Of a DNA stretch of 64,000 nucleotides, positions 29,124-39,151 are shown in pieces. The stretch lies in assembly GCA_029856145.1 (NCBI GenBank), contig JAHQWK010000008.1, positions 32,001 through 96,000 of the forward strand. The letters are read 5' to 3'. A model generated the notes under the pieces. The model did no database searches. It worked only from the letters and a program-made list of their open reading frames with translations, and was not told where the DNA came from. Source of the stretch: Promethearchaeia archaeon (GTDB lineage: Archaea; Asgardarchaeota; Lokiarchaeia; Sigyniarchaeales; SOKP01). Numbering within the stretch: the first letter of the stretch is position 1; each line of letters begins with the position of its first letter. Made by a program: the position numbers and the translations under genes.

Positions 29124-30233
29124 CTATTTGTTCTTTAAAGTGTTTTCTGCTCTTTCTATTTTCTTATTGCTCCATTCCTTAACTTTAGTCAACATTTCCA
29201 TTTTATTATTTGGCCTATTTAATTCAATTGGTTCTTTAATGTAACCTTTATTTAGAGCATTATTATAAATTTTTTCACCTATTTTAGTCCTAATTATTGC
29301 AGTAGTTAATTTTTCTTGTGAACCAAGACCTCCAAAAGAAATATCCGCATAAATATTGGAAAAATCATCGCATGCATAGCAAGCAGGACGTCCAATATCG
29401 TGTAAATCTGAGAATGAAATACTTAATGTATTCCCATTTTTAAAGTATAATATAAGATCTTCTCGGACGTTCATACTTTCAACATCTTCAAATGAAAAAT
29501 TGAGCTTATCTTCCAGTTTTTTCCTATCTTCATCATTAAATGAGAAGTTCAGATAACAAAACAGACCTAATGTATACTTAACAATATGTGCAGGTAGAAT
29601 ACTTAATTCTTGCATTTTTCTAATTGAATTTATTTGACACGGCGTTCCTACAACAGCTATATTTAATAAATCGGGACTCATAACTTTTTTCAATGCAATA
29701 TTCGCCGGTATGAATGTATTATATTTTTCCAAACCAACTACTTGGCTAGAGAAGTCGAAATGAGATCCTGCAGCTTCAATTAAATCCTCTTTACTTATAG
29801 CTAAAAATGAAGTTCGATTAAAAGGACCTTTCCTTTTACAAACGACTGCTCCATCTATTAACTTATTATCTAATAAATAACTCAAAATTGCTGTTACAGC
29901 ACCACCATCAGTTGCATTATTTCTAATTTCTTCTGAAGATGCATGACATGAAGCTATTTTCAACTGATTTCCTATAGGAGGATCATAGCTGAATTTTTTA
30001 TTCAACTGATCGTTTAGTACATGAGTTTGAGGACACACAAAATAACAAATACCACATTTAAGACATTTATCTTTATCTATGTATTTTGGGGGTCCTGATT
30101 CCGACATTTCAATAGCTTTTAATTCCCCAGCTGAGCAAAAACTAACACATCCACCACATTCTCCACACAATCCTTTTTCATGAACTTCTATTATCAAATC
30201 TTCAAATGTTTTTGTGACTGCACTATCAGCCAA
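29124..30233 (-). CDS. Coenzyme F420 hydrogenase/dehydrogenase beta-subunit family (FrhB/FdhB-like) with N-terminal ferredoxin
   Basis: CGECGGCVSFC and CLKCGICYFVCP ferredoxin motifs; ATDGGAVTAIL, VVGTPCQI, LGLFC, CYACDDF, ADISFGGLGS. Confidence 0.9.
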   Translation of the reverse strand: MADSAVTKTFEDLIIEVHEKGLCGECGGCVSFCSAGELKAIEMSESGPPKYIDKDKCLKCGICYFVCPQTHVLNDQLNKKFSYDPPIGNQLKIASCHASSEEIRNNATDGGAVTAILSYLLDNKLIDGAVVCKRKGPFNRTSFLAISKEDLIEAAGSHFDFSSQVVGLEKYNTFIPANIALKKVMSPDLLNIAVVGTPCQINSIRKMQELSILPAHIVKYTLGLFCYLNFSFNDEDRKKLEDKLNFSFEDVESMNVREDLILYFKNGNTLSISFSDLHDIGRPACYACDDFSNIYADISFGGLGSQEKLTTAIIRTKIGEKIYNNALNKGYIKEPIELNRPNNKMEMLTKVKEWSNKKIERAENTLKNK

Positions 30234-30284
30234 TTTTTTTCACCTATTTTTTATAAATTTTTAAAAATATTTATTCTTATTAAT

Positions 30285-31124
30285 TTAATACTCATCAGGT
30301 AGTTCCTTGAGCTCAGCAAGAGAAAATACGGGTCCATCAGTACAAATAAACTTGTTTCCGATATTACAGCGCCCGCATTTTCCAATCCCACACTTCATTC
30401 TCGCCTCTAGACTGTTCAAAATGGCTTCTGGCCCCCAATTTAGCTCTTCCATAACAGCAATTGTAGTTTTAATCATTATTGGTGGTCCACAGATAACTGC
30501 AACGGCATTATCAGAACTTGGGCCAACTTTTTTAACGATAGGTGCGACAAATCCTACTTCTTCCGTCCATCCCTCTGCTTCACGATCAATAGTTAAAACT
30601 ACCTTAATGTCATCTCGTTTTTTCCATTCATCTAGAATATCTGTATATAATACTTCTCCAGGATCACGGTTGCCGTATATAACCGTTATATCACCGTAAT
30701 CTTTTCGATGTTTCTCATCTAGTAAGTAAATTACCAACGATCTGAGTGTCGAAAACGCGAAACCTCCTCCAATAACCACGATATTTTTTCCTTTCATTTC
30801 CTCTACGGGCCAGCCATTTCCACAAGGACCTCTTACCCCAACTATGTCTCCTTCTTCACAATTATGAAATCCTGACGTAACAGTACCCATTTTCTTAATA
30901 GTAAACATAATGGTTCCTTCTTCAGTAGGGGATGAAGCTATCCCTATAGGACATTCACCTTTTCCTATTAAGCTAATTTCGGCAAATTGTCCAGGAATAT
31001 AATCAAATTTCTTATAATCTTCTTCTTTCTTAAACTCTAATTCAATAGTCTTAATATCATTCACTTTATTCTCAGAGACTATCGATTTAACTGTTGTAAG
31101 ATAAGGTATGTAAGGATTAGGCAA
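30285..31124 (-). CDS. FAD/NAD(P)-binding [2Fe-2S] oxidoreductase (FlxA/AsrB/HydG-like)
   Basis: PGQF, VRGPCGNG, VIGGGFAF, ICGPPIM, MKCGIGKCGRCNIG...CTDGPVF. Confidence 0.92.
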   Translation of the reverse strand: MPNPYIPYLTTVKSIVSENKVNDIKTIELEFKKEEDYKKFDYIPGQFAEISLIGKGECPIGIASSPTEEGTIMFTIKKMGTVTSGFHNCEEGDIVGVRGPCGNGWPVEEMKGKNIVVIGGGFAFSTLRSLVIYLLDEKHRKDYGDITVIYGNRDPGEVLYTDILDEWKKRDDIKVVLTIDREAEGWTEEVGFVAPIVKKVGPSSDNAVAVICGPPIMIKTTIAVMEELNWGPEAILNSLEARMKCGIGKCGRCNIGNKFICTDGPVFSLAELKELPDEY

Positions 31125-32178
31125 CTACTTTTTCACCCTCTTTTTTTTCTATATTTTTTATTTTATCTAATATTACTCGAAGATCATTATTAGCAGGACA
31201 TACAATAACACATCTACCGCAGCCTACACAGCCTAATAAATCATAATTTGTAGGATAATAACTGAACTTATGCATAATTCGGTTCCGGCAGCGTTGGATT
31301 TTAGTATCTCTAGGATTATGACCACTTGTTTCCATTGTATAAAGACACGATTGACAAGTATCCCAGATCCTAATTCTTCTACCTCGATTATTATAATGAT
31401 CTGTTTCATCAATAACATCAAAACAAGTACATGTTGGACATAAATAAGCACAAGAACCACATCCTATACAAGATTCACTGATCTCGTCCCATACAGAGTG
31501 TTCAAAACTGGTTTCTAAGTTTTTTACGATAGCATCAACATCAATCTTTGTAGTTATTGATTCCTCTGCTGTTTTTGCCAATTCCTCTGCTTTTTTCAAA
31601 TCATTCTTAGAAGCATCAGAAAGCCATGGTAACTTTTGAATTAATTTTTTCCCTTTATCACTGATTCCTTCAACTAAGTAAGTTTCTCCTAAATCAGTTA
31701 GAAATACATCCATATTCTCTTTATTGAAAGGATTTCCACCAACAGATGTGCAAAAGCATGTAGATCTTGGATTATTGCAACCGATTCCTATGAGTGTTGT
31801 ATTTTCTTTTTTCTTTAAATAGATTTCATCCTTTGAATTACCATGAAATGAAAAGAAATTGGCAAATAATTCAAAACTATAAGCATCACATGGTCGGATT
31901 CCAAAAATCAAGATTTTTTGGTCTAAATCCTGTCTATCAGTAATTTCAACATCTTTCTCATCTAATGTGTATTCAAATAACACTTCATTTTGAGGAAATA
32001 AGACTGATTTCGGTGGAATCTTTGAATTCAAATAATCCAGAACAATATCCTTTGGATTTTCAATCTTCTCGAAAGCAACGTTTCCCTTTTTATTAATAGG
32101 AGCAAAAAAGTTATACTCTCCTACAAACTCATTATATAATTTTCCAATTTGATCCTTTTTCAATATTTTTTGTTCCAT
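31117..32178 (-). CDS. 4Fe-4S dicluster protein (FlxB/AsrA-like)
   Basis: PPKSVLFPQ, GIRPCD, CFCTSVGG, CIGCGSCAYLCPTCTCF, RIMHKF, CVGCGRCVIVCP. Confidence 0.9.
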   Translation of the reverse strand: MEQKILKKDQIGKLYNEFVGEYNFFAPINKKGNVAFEKIENPKDIVLDYLNSKIPPKSVLFPQNEVLFEYTLDEKDVEITDRQDLDQKILIFGIRPCDAYSFELFANFFSFHGNSKDEIYLKKKENTTLIGIGCNNPRSTCFCTSVGGNPFNKENMDVFLTDLGETYLVEGISDKGKKLIQKLPWLSDASKNDLKKAEELAKTAEESITTKIDVDAIVKNLETSFEHSVWDEISESCIGCGSCAYLCPTCTCFDVIDETDHYNNRGRRIRIWDTCQSCLYTMETSGHNPRDTKIQRCRNRIMHKFSYYPTNYDLLGCVGCGRCVIVCPANNDLRVILDKIKNIEKKEGEKVVA

Positions 32179-32194
32179 TCTTTAATTCACCTTT

Positions 32195-33205
32195 TTAATC
32201 TTCCTCCAACATAAACTCTTCTGCATCCTCCATTTTGAAATCCATCATTGGAGGAACGGTTTCCGCATTGAGTCCTGAAGTATAATCAAATCGTTCTTTC
32301 ACGATTTTTTCCAATTTTCTTGTGATAATATTTAGGTCAATACCAACTGGACATACTGATGAACAAGCTCCACACGCTACACATCTACCCGCTAGATGTT
32401 GTGCTCGAACTAAATGAAATACTAATATATCCCGGAACTCAGTAGTTTTACCAAACCATATAGGCTTATTTTGATCCACAAAACAAAGATTGCAATAACA
32501 TGCTGGACAAGCTTGACGACAGCTGTAACATAGAGTACATACTTGTAAAGCATCTTTTATATATGTCCATTTCTCGTCAGCCGATTTTGATTCAAATTCA
32601 GCAATATCTGAAAATTCATCATGAATTGAGTCTAATTCTTGGCATTCCCCAACACATGTCTCTTCAGTTGCAGAAGGAGATTTTATTTGACAAACTTTGC
32701 ATAGTTCATTAATATATTGATCATAGGGAAATTTTTTCTCCCAATTTTTCCCTTTTACAATGATATCATCTCCAGATATAGAAACATCAAGAATCTCCTT
32801 TTCGCCAATTTCCAGATCGATTTTACTTCTGTTGACAATTCCATTGCAATTAAACCCTATCATCTTTATTTTATCTAGATTCACTTGTTTCTCAGCAGCC
32901 AAAAGGTTTACTGCCCTACCAACACAACCTTTCGCGACAATCCCAATTCTCAAAGAATTTCCTTCTGAATCACAAAGTTGAGGCATTAAAGGAGCTAAAT
33001 ATCTAGCCAAATTAATATAACATAAATTATTCCAGATTAATTTGTCTACATCTTCTTCTTTTCTAACAATAATTAGTGTAGAACTTAAAGGTATAGTGCC
33101 TTGAGAATAACCAATTACTATATCAACTTGATTTTCGCTAAGTAATTTTTTAGCATTTTCTCTTATTGAGTTTGTAATTTCCTTATTATCTGTTTCGATT
33201 ACCAT
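32195..33205 (-). CDS. Fe-S protein, FlxC / FdhB-like subunit
   Basis: CTLCYSCRQACPACYC and HLAGRCVACGACSSVCP. Start more likely ATG 33205 (GGAGTGGTG upstream) than 33217. Confidence 0.85.
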   Translation of the reverse strand: MVIETDNKEITNSIRENAKKLLSENQVDIVIGYSQGTIPLSSTLIIVRKEEDVDKLIWNNLCYINLARYLAPLMPQLCDSEGNSLRIGIVAKGCVGRAVNLLAAEKQVNLDKIKMIGFNCNGIVNRSKIDLEIGEKEILDVSISGDDIIVKGKNWEKKFPYDQYINELCKVCQIKSPSATEETCVGECQELDSIHDEFSDIAEFESKSADEKWTYIKDALQVCTLCYSCRQACPACYCNLCFVDQNKPIWFGKTTEFRDILVFHLVRAQHLAGRCVACGACSSVCPVGIDLNIITRKLEKIVKERFDYTSGLNAETVPPMMDFKMEDAEEFMLEED

Positions 33206-33207
33206 TC

Positions 33208-33663
33208 TTAACACCACTCCTTTTGAAATTTAATATTTGGCCCTAATTCCTTAACAATCTTTGTAGCTTTCCTAATTAGCACAGCAAAACGTTCTCCTTC
33301 CGCAGCAGAGGCCCACATAAAATTAACCCTGCCTGGTTCAATCCCAAAAAATTCAAGAAGTTCCTTTAATATAGCAAATCGTCTCCTCGCTACGAGATTT
33401 CCACTTATATAGTGACAATCTCCTGGATGACATCCAGAAATAACGACACCATCCCAGCCATCTGTTAAACTTTTTATAATAAAATAGGGATTAACCCGTC
33501 CAGAACAAGGAACTCTTACGATTCTTATATTTGGAGGATATTGGATTCTACTAACTCCCGCTAAATCAGCTCCAGCATAAGAGCACCAATTACATAAAAA
33601 TGCAATTATTTTTGGTTCCCATTTCTTATCAACTTTCTTTTCTTCTAAAACAGTTTCTGTCAT
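33208..33663 (-). CDS. mvhD: Methyl-viologen-reducing hydrogenase delta subunit (MvhD/FlxD) [2Fe-2S]
   Basis: FLCNWCSYAGADLAG, VPCSGRV, GCHPGDCHY, WASAAEGERF. Confidence 0.95.
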   Translation of the reverse strand: MTETVLEEKKVDKKWEPKIIAFLCNWCSYAGADLAGVSRIQYPPNIRIVRVPCSGRVNPYFIIKSLTDGWDGVVISGCHPGDCHYISGNLVARRRFAILKELLEFFGIEPGRVNFMWASAAEGERFAVLIRKATKIVKELGPNIKFQKEWC

Positions 33664-33667
33664 TTTT

Positions 33668-36600
33668 TTATAACCTAGCTGTTATCATTTGATATATTTG
33701 TTCACTTGTAAAGCCTAATATATCGATTGCACTACATCGACAATTCCCACTACAAGCTCCACATCCTTTACATAATACTTGATTAATTGATGCTACTAAT
33801 CCAAAACGTCTATCTTCAATTAACTCTATCGCATTATACGCACAATTATCTACACACATTCCACACCCTATACAACGAGACATATCAATTACTGCTGTTT
33901 TACCTTCCGCTTCAATTTCATCCTTTGAAAGAATTGTACATGCTCTTGAAACAGCAGCATTAGCTTGTGAAATTGAATCCTCAATAGTTTTTGGACAGTG
34001 AGCTAATCCCGCAACAAATACTCCTTCCGTAGCGAAGTCTACTGGACGAAGCTTGACATGGGCTTCTAAATAAAAATTATCATCATTTAAAGGTACTTTT
34101 AACATTTTAGCAAGTTCTTCATTTTCCTCGTGAGATGCTACAATTCCAGCACTTAATACTAATAAATCTGCGGGGATTGATAAGTTTCCCGCTTTTGCAG
34201 TCTTCACTTTTATATTTAATGAAGAATTCTCAGCAACAATTTCTGGAGGATTATCTTCATCATATCGAAGGAAAATGACTCCATCTTCTCTTGCTTTTCT
34301 ATAATATTTTTCTTTAAATCCATAAGTTCTAATATCTCGAAATAAAATAGTAACTTCCGTAGATGGATTTAATTTTTTAACTAGTAAAGCGTTTTTAATC
34401 GCTTCTGCGCAACACATTTTACTGCAATAAGGATGTTCATCGTTTCTTGAACCAACGCATTGAATCATAACAACTGATTTTTTATTCTTAATAACGCTAT
34501 CTGTGTTTAGCATTTCTTCAAACTTTGATTGAAGAACTACATTTTTATTTTGACCATAGAGAAACTCTTTTGGCTCATATTCTTTGGCTCCTGTAGCTAA
34601 AATAACGACTCCATGATCAAATTCTGCTCTTTCTTTTTTAGGACCGTGAATCACTGAAGTTTTAAAGTTCCCAATATATCCATCTAGACTTTCTATTTTA
34701 GCATTAGTATATACATGAACAAATTTATTAGACTTAACCTTTTCAATTAGGTTTTTTAAATAAGCTTGAACATCTCCTCCTTCAAGAGTATGATAAATAT
34801 GTATAGCAAAACCTCCTAATTCTGCTTCTTTTTCAACTAAATGAGTCTCAATTTCTTGACTTGCAATATTCAGAGCAGCAGTCATGCCGCTTATTCCACC
34901 ACCGATTACCATTGCCTTCTGTGTCACTCCTAACTTAATTCTGTCTATTGGTGCTATTCGCCTTGCTTTATTGACTGCCATTCTCACGAGATCTTTTGCT
35001 TTTTGCGTAGCCTCTTCTGGTTGGTTCATATGAACCCAAGAACACTGATCTCTGATATTAGCCATCTGAAATAGGTATCTATTCAATCCTGCTTCTCTAA
35101 TTGTTTCTTGGAATAAAGGTTCATGAGTTCTTGGTGTACACGATGCAACTATAACTCGATTAAGGTGATATTCTTCTATTTTTTCTTTTATTATCCCTTG
35201 AGTATCAGCAGAACATGTATATAAATTACGATCTGCCATAACAACATTTGGGAGAGTACTTGCATATCTAGTCACTTCTGGAACATCCACATATCCACCT
35301 ATATTAATTCCGCAATGACAAACAAATACACCAATTCTAGGAGGTTGTCCTGCCACGAAAATTTCTGGGGGTAATGTTTTTTCTGTAATTAATGTTCCTC
35401 TCTCTTCGTATAATATTTGATGGACACATCCAGCTGCGGCGCTTGCTTGAGTGACTGTTTCAGGGATATCTTTTGGTTGAGAAAAAGCACCACAAGCAAA
35501 GATACCGGGTCTTGAGGTTTGTACTGGATTAAAAACATCCGTTTTTGCAAATCCAAATTCGTTTAATTCAATTCCAAATTTCTCAGCAAGATATTTTGCA
35601 TCATCTGGTGGATTTAATCCAACACCTAAAACCACCATATTATAATCTTCTTCAATCACTTTCCCATCCTCAGTTTCATAACGGAGTCTTAAATCTTTTG
35701 TCTCAGAAACTTCTGTAATCGAAGAAATTCTGCTTCTAATATACCGGATACCGTATTCTTTTTGAGCTCTAATAATATATTTATCAAAATCTTTTCCATA
35801 AGCTCTTATATCCATACTGAAAATGGTAGGTTTTACTTCATGTTGGTGTTCATGAGCAATCACAGCTTCTTTTGCTGTATACATGCAACACACAGAAGAA
35901 CAATAAGGCTGCCCTTCTCCTGTATAATCCCGAGATCCTATACATTGAAGGAAAGCAACTTTTTCTGGAATATCACCATCGGAGGGTCTGAGAACTCTTC
36001 CAGCATAAGGGCCACTTGCACTTAATATACGTTCAAACTCTATACTCGTGACCACATTCTTATATTTCCCATAACCATATTTATTAGCTGCTTGAGGGAC
36101 AAATTCATCAAATCCCGGCGCAAGAACTATTGACCCTACATTAATATCTACTTCTTCATCTTCTCGTTCATATTCTACTGCTTTTGCTTTACAAACTCCA
36201 GCACACACTCCACAACCAATACAAAAATCCTTATTAATTGCATATACGAGTGGAACAGCTTGAGGATATTTTACAAATGTAGCAGCATATTTAGCTATAC
36301 CCTCATTAAAAATATCAATCGCTTCCACAGGACAATTTCTGCCACAAACCCCACATCCAGTACATATATCTGGATTGATATATAAAGATTTTTTTTTAAC
36401 TTTAACTGTAAAATTTCCTGCTTCTCCTGAAACATCTAAAATTTCACAATTAATACTTAAATCAATATTTTGATGACGTCCAGTTTCAACTAATTTTGGG
36501 CTTACTATACACATTGCACAGTCATTAGTAGGAAATGTTTTGTCTAATTGAGCCATTACACCGCCTATACTTGTTGTGGACTCAATTAAATAAACTCTAT

Positions 36601-36682
36601 AACCAGAATCTCCTAAATCTAGTGCTGTTTGGGAGCCCCCTATTCCAGCACCTACAACCATTACAGCTCCAACTTTTTCCAT
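33668..36682 (-). CDS. hdrA: Heterodisulfide reductase subunit A-like, double-FAD-module form (1004 aa)
   Basis: GAGIGG, QLDKTFPTNDC, QCIGSRD...CSSVCCMY, GVFVCHCG, ASCTPRTHEPLF, NIRDQCSWVH, second GGGISG module, EAHVKLRPVDF, C-terminal ferredoxin. Confidence 0.95.
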   Translation of the reverse strand: MEKVGAVMVVGAGIGGSQTALDLGDSGYRVYLIESTTSIGGVMAQLDKTFPTNDCAMCIVSPKLVETGRHQNIDLSINCEILDVSGEAGNFTVKVKKKSLYINPDICTGCGVCGRNCPVEAIDIFNEGIAKYAATFVKYPQAVPLVYAINKDFCIGCGVCAGVCKAKAVEYEREDEEVDINVGSIVLAPGFDEFVPQAANKYGYGKYKNVVTSIEFERILSASGPYAGRVLRPSDGDIPEKVAFLQCIGSRDYTGEGQPYCSSVCCMYTAKEAVIAHEHQHEVKPTIFSMDIRAYGKDFDKYIIRAQKEYGIRYIRSRISSITEVSETKDLRLRYETEDGKVIEEDYNMVVLGVGLNPPDDAKYLAEKFGIELNEFGFAKTDVFNPVQTSRPGIFACGAFSQPKDIPETVTQASAAAGCVHQILYEERGTLITEKTLPPEIFVAGQPPRIGVFVCHCGINIGGYVDVPEVTRYASTLPNVVMADRNLYTCSADTQGIIKEKIEEYHLNRVIVASCTPRTHEPLFQETIREAGLNRYLFQMANIRDQCSWVHMNQPEEATQKAKDLVRMAVNKARRIAPIDRIKLGVTQKAMVIGGGISGMTAALNIASQEIETHLVEKEAELGGFAIHIYHTLEGGDVQAYLKNLIEKVKSNKFVHVYTNAKIESLDGYIGNFKTSVIHGPKKERAEFDHGVVILATGAKEYEPKEFLYGQNKNVVLQSKFEEMLNTDSVIKNKKSVVMIQCVGSRNDEHPYCSKMCCAEAIKNALLVKKLNPSTEVTILFRDIRTYGFKEKYYRKAREDGVIFLRYDEDNPPEIVAENSSLNIKVKTAKAGNLSIPADLLVLSAGIVASHEENEELAKMLKVPLNDDNFYLEAHVKLRPVDFATEGVFVAGLAHCPKTIEDSISQANAAVSRACTILSKDEIEAEGKTAVIDMSRCIGCGMCVDNCAYNAIELIEDRRFGLVASINQVLCKGCGACSGNCRCSAIDILGFTSEQIYQMITARL

Positions 36683-36695
36683 TTTTTTATCTCCT

Positions 36696-37457
36696 CTATA
36701 ATTTGTGAAACGTTGGTGTAATTCCTAATAATTCTCCGAAATCAACTTGACCTCGACTTTTTAAAGTTACCATATGTTCTAATACAATACTTGAATCTAT
36801 TTTTAATTCTTTTGCTAAGTCTTTTACAGACTTAGACTCTTTTTCCAATAATCCTAAAATTCTATGCCGATTATATTCATCTTTGATTGCTAGATCAAAA
36901 ATTTCATTAAATTTATCAAGTGATACAGTTTCTCCATACACATTTTCTTGTTCTGTAATTTTTCTTTCTCTTCCAACAAGTGCCCTCATTCGATCGCCTC
37001 CCGCAGCTTCTTCAATAGCTTTTAATTTCTCAAGAGTTTCATCATCTGGATTATCTTTTCCCGCAGGAGATGGCCCAAGTGTTTTAATATGATCTGTAAA
37101 TTCTGTTATCATTGAAGCATATCTGGCACCTTCTGAGGCAGACACCCAATCCAATCTTACTCTATCGTCAAAATCAATAAGTTTAAGGAATCTTTTTACC
37201 ATATCAAATTTCTTCTCTGCCTCGTAATTTCCTTCAAGATAATGACAGTCTCCTAAATGGCATCCTAAAACAATTACACCATCAGCCCCAACTCGGAGCG
37301 CTTCAAAAATAAATTTTGGGTCTACTCGACCACTACACATAACCCTTATTACTCTAATATTTGGGGGGTATTGCATTCTGCTAACTCCAGCTAAATCTGC
37401 TCCCGCATAAGAACACCAATTACATAAAAATCCTAAAATTTTCGGTTCAAAACTCAT
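36696..37457 (-). CDS. mvhD: MvhD-like protein with C-terminal extension ending in a winged HTH
   Basis: FLCNWCSYAGAD, VMCSGRV, GCHLGDCHY; C-terminus SVKDLAKELKIDSSIVLEHMVTLKSRGQV is HTH-like. Start at ATG 37457 (MSFEPK) with GGAGGT at 37468-37473. Confidence 0.88.
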   Translation of the reverse strand: MSFEPKILGFLCNWCSYAGADLAGVSRMQYPPNIRVIRVMCSGRVDPKFIFEALRVGADGVIVLGCHLGDCHYLEGNYEAEKKFDMVKRFLKLIDFDDRVRLDWVSASEGARYASMITEFTDHIKTLGPSPAGKDNPDDETLEKLKAIEEAAGGDRMRALVGRERKITEQENVYGETVSLDKFNEIFDLAIKDEYNRHRILGLLEKESKSVKDLAKELKIDSSIVLEHMVTLKSRGQVDFGELLGITPTFHKL

Positions 37458-37461
37458 GATA

Positions 37462-39144
37462 TTAAATACCTCCAAATGCATATATTTCAGATAAAATTTG
37501 CTCATCTGTAAAATGCCTTATTATTATAGCATGACTAGTACAAGTTGCTCCACAAACCCCGCAACCCTTACAAAGTACTTGAGTTATTTCAATCTCGTCA
37601 TTCTCATTCTTGCTTATGGCTTTATATGGACAAACCGTTATACAGATTTCACATCCTGTACATAGACTTTTATTATATTCAGGTAGAAACGATGTGGCAC
37701 CCTCTACTTCTATAGTATCATGAGAAATAATTGTACTTGCCCTTGCAGATGCAGCATAACCTTGAGTTATGGATTCTGTAATATCTACAGGCCATTTTGC
37801 TGCTCCACATATGAAAATCCCATCTGTTGCGAAATCCATAGGGCGTAGTTTTACGTGAGCTTCTAAAAAGAATTTATTTTCTTCTAATGGAACTTTTAGC
37901 ATTTGAGCTAATTCCTTATTGTCATCATTTGCGATTAAAGGTGTTGATAAAACAAGGAGATCGTAGGAAATACTTATCTCTTCTCCAATATATTCATTAA
38001 ATACTTTTATTGTATTCTCTTCTACAATAGGCTCTTTCTCGAGCTTATAACTCATAAAAACAATTCCTGCTTCTCTTGCTCTTCTATAATATTCTTCATA
38101 ATAAGTTCCAGGAGTATACAAATCTCTAAATAATATTGTTATATTTGCTTCAGGATTTTTCTCTTTAATGATTAAGGCGTTTTTCAAAGCAGTCATACAA
38201 CATACATTCGAGCAGTAAACTCTCTCATCATTACGAGCGCCTACACATTGTATCATTACAATGTCTTTAGCATTTACTTCATTATTTCTTAATTTATCTT
38301 CTAATTCATATTGAGTAATTCTAATATTACCATCATAACCAAATTTTCCAGTTGGGGTTAATAAAGAAGCTCCAACAGCAACGACAATAACACCTATAGT
38401 TAAGTCGATATTTTTATCTTTTTGATCAACCTCAATCTCAAAATTACCTACAAAACCTTCAATATTCTTTACTTTTGCTGAAGTATAAACAGTTAAATTA
38501 GGATTGCTCTCAACTCTTTTCTTCAAACTTGCTAAAAGTTCAGAGGCATCTTGGCTTGTAGGGAATAATTTATTAATAATATTAAGTTTTCCACCTAATT
38601 CATTTGCTTTTTCTACTAAATGAGTTTCAAATCCTTGATTCGCTAAGCTAAGAGCAGCAGTCATCCCGGCGACACCTCCACCTATAACCATTGCGGTAGG
38701 AGTTGCATCAACTACTATATTTTCGAGCGCTTCAAGTTTAGCAGCTTTTGCCACACCCATTCGAATAACCTCTTTCGCTTTTTCAAGAGCTTCTTTAGGG
38801 TGTTTCATATGAACCCAAGTACATTGGTCACGAATATTTACAAATTGAAAAAGATACTCGTTAAGCCCCTCAGCTTTGACACAATCACGAAAAAGAGGCT
38901 CGTGGGTTCTTGGAGTGCATGAAGCAACAACTACACGATTTAGATTATGCTCTTTAATTCCATTTTTAATCTGTGTTAATCCTGTTTCTGAACAAGTATA
39001 CAAATTATCTTCAGTAAACACAACATTGGGTAAATTTTTAGCATATTCTGCTACTTCTTTAACATCTATAAGGCCTCCTATATTTGAGCCACAGGAACAA
39101 ACAAAAACTCCAATACGGACATCTTCCTCTATTTTTTCAGACAT
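37462..39144 (-). CDS. hdrA: HdrA-like protein equivalent to the C-terminal half of the 1004-aa HdrA
   Basis: GVFVCSCG, ASCTPRTHEPLF, NIRDQCTWVH, GGGVAGM, QCVGAR..CSNVCC, EAHVKLRPMDF, terminal 2x[4Fe-4S]. Confidence 0.92.
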   Translation of the reverse strand: MSEKIEEDVRIGVFVCSCGSNIGGLIDVKEVAEYAKNLPNVVFTEDNLYTCSETGLTQIKNGIKEHNLNRVVVASCTPRTHEPLFRDCVKAEGLNEYLFQFVNIRDQCTWVHMKHPKEALEKAKEVIRMGVAKAAKLEALENIVVDATPTAMVIGGGVAGMTAALSLANQGFETHLVEKANELGGKLNIINKLFPTSQDASELLASLKKRVESNPNLTVYTSAKVKNIEGFVGNFEIEVDQKDKNIDLTIGVIVVAVGASLLTPTGKFGYDGNIRITQYELEDKLRNNEVNAKDIVMIQCVGARNDERVYCSNVCCMTALKNALIIKEKNPEANITILFRDLYTPGTYYEEYYRRAREAGIVFMSYKLEKEPIVEENTIKVFNEYIGEEISISYDLLVLSTPLIANDDNKELAQMLKVPLEENKFFLEAHVKLRPMDFATDGIFICGAAKWPVDITESITQGYAASARASTIISHDTIEVEGATSFLPEYNKSLCTGCEICITVCPYKAISKNENDEIEITQVLCKGCGVCGATCTSHAIIIRHFTDEQILSEIYAFGGI

Positions 39145-39151
39145 ATTATTT

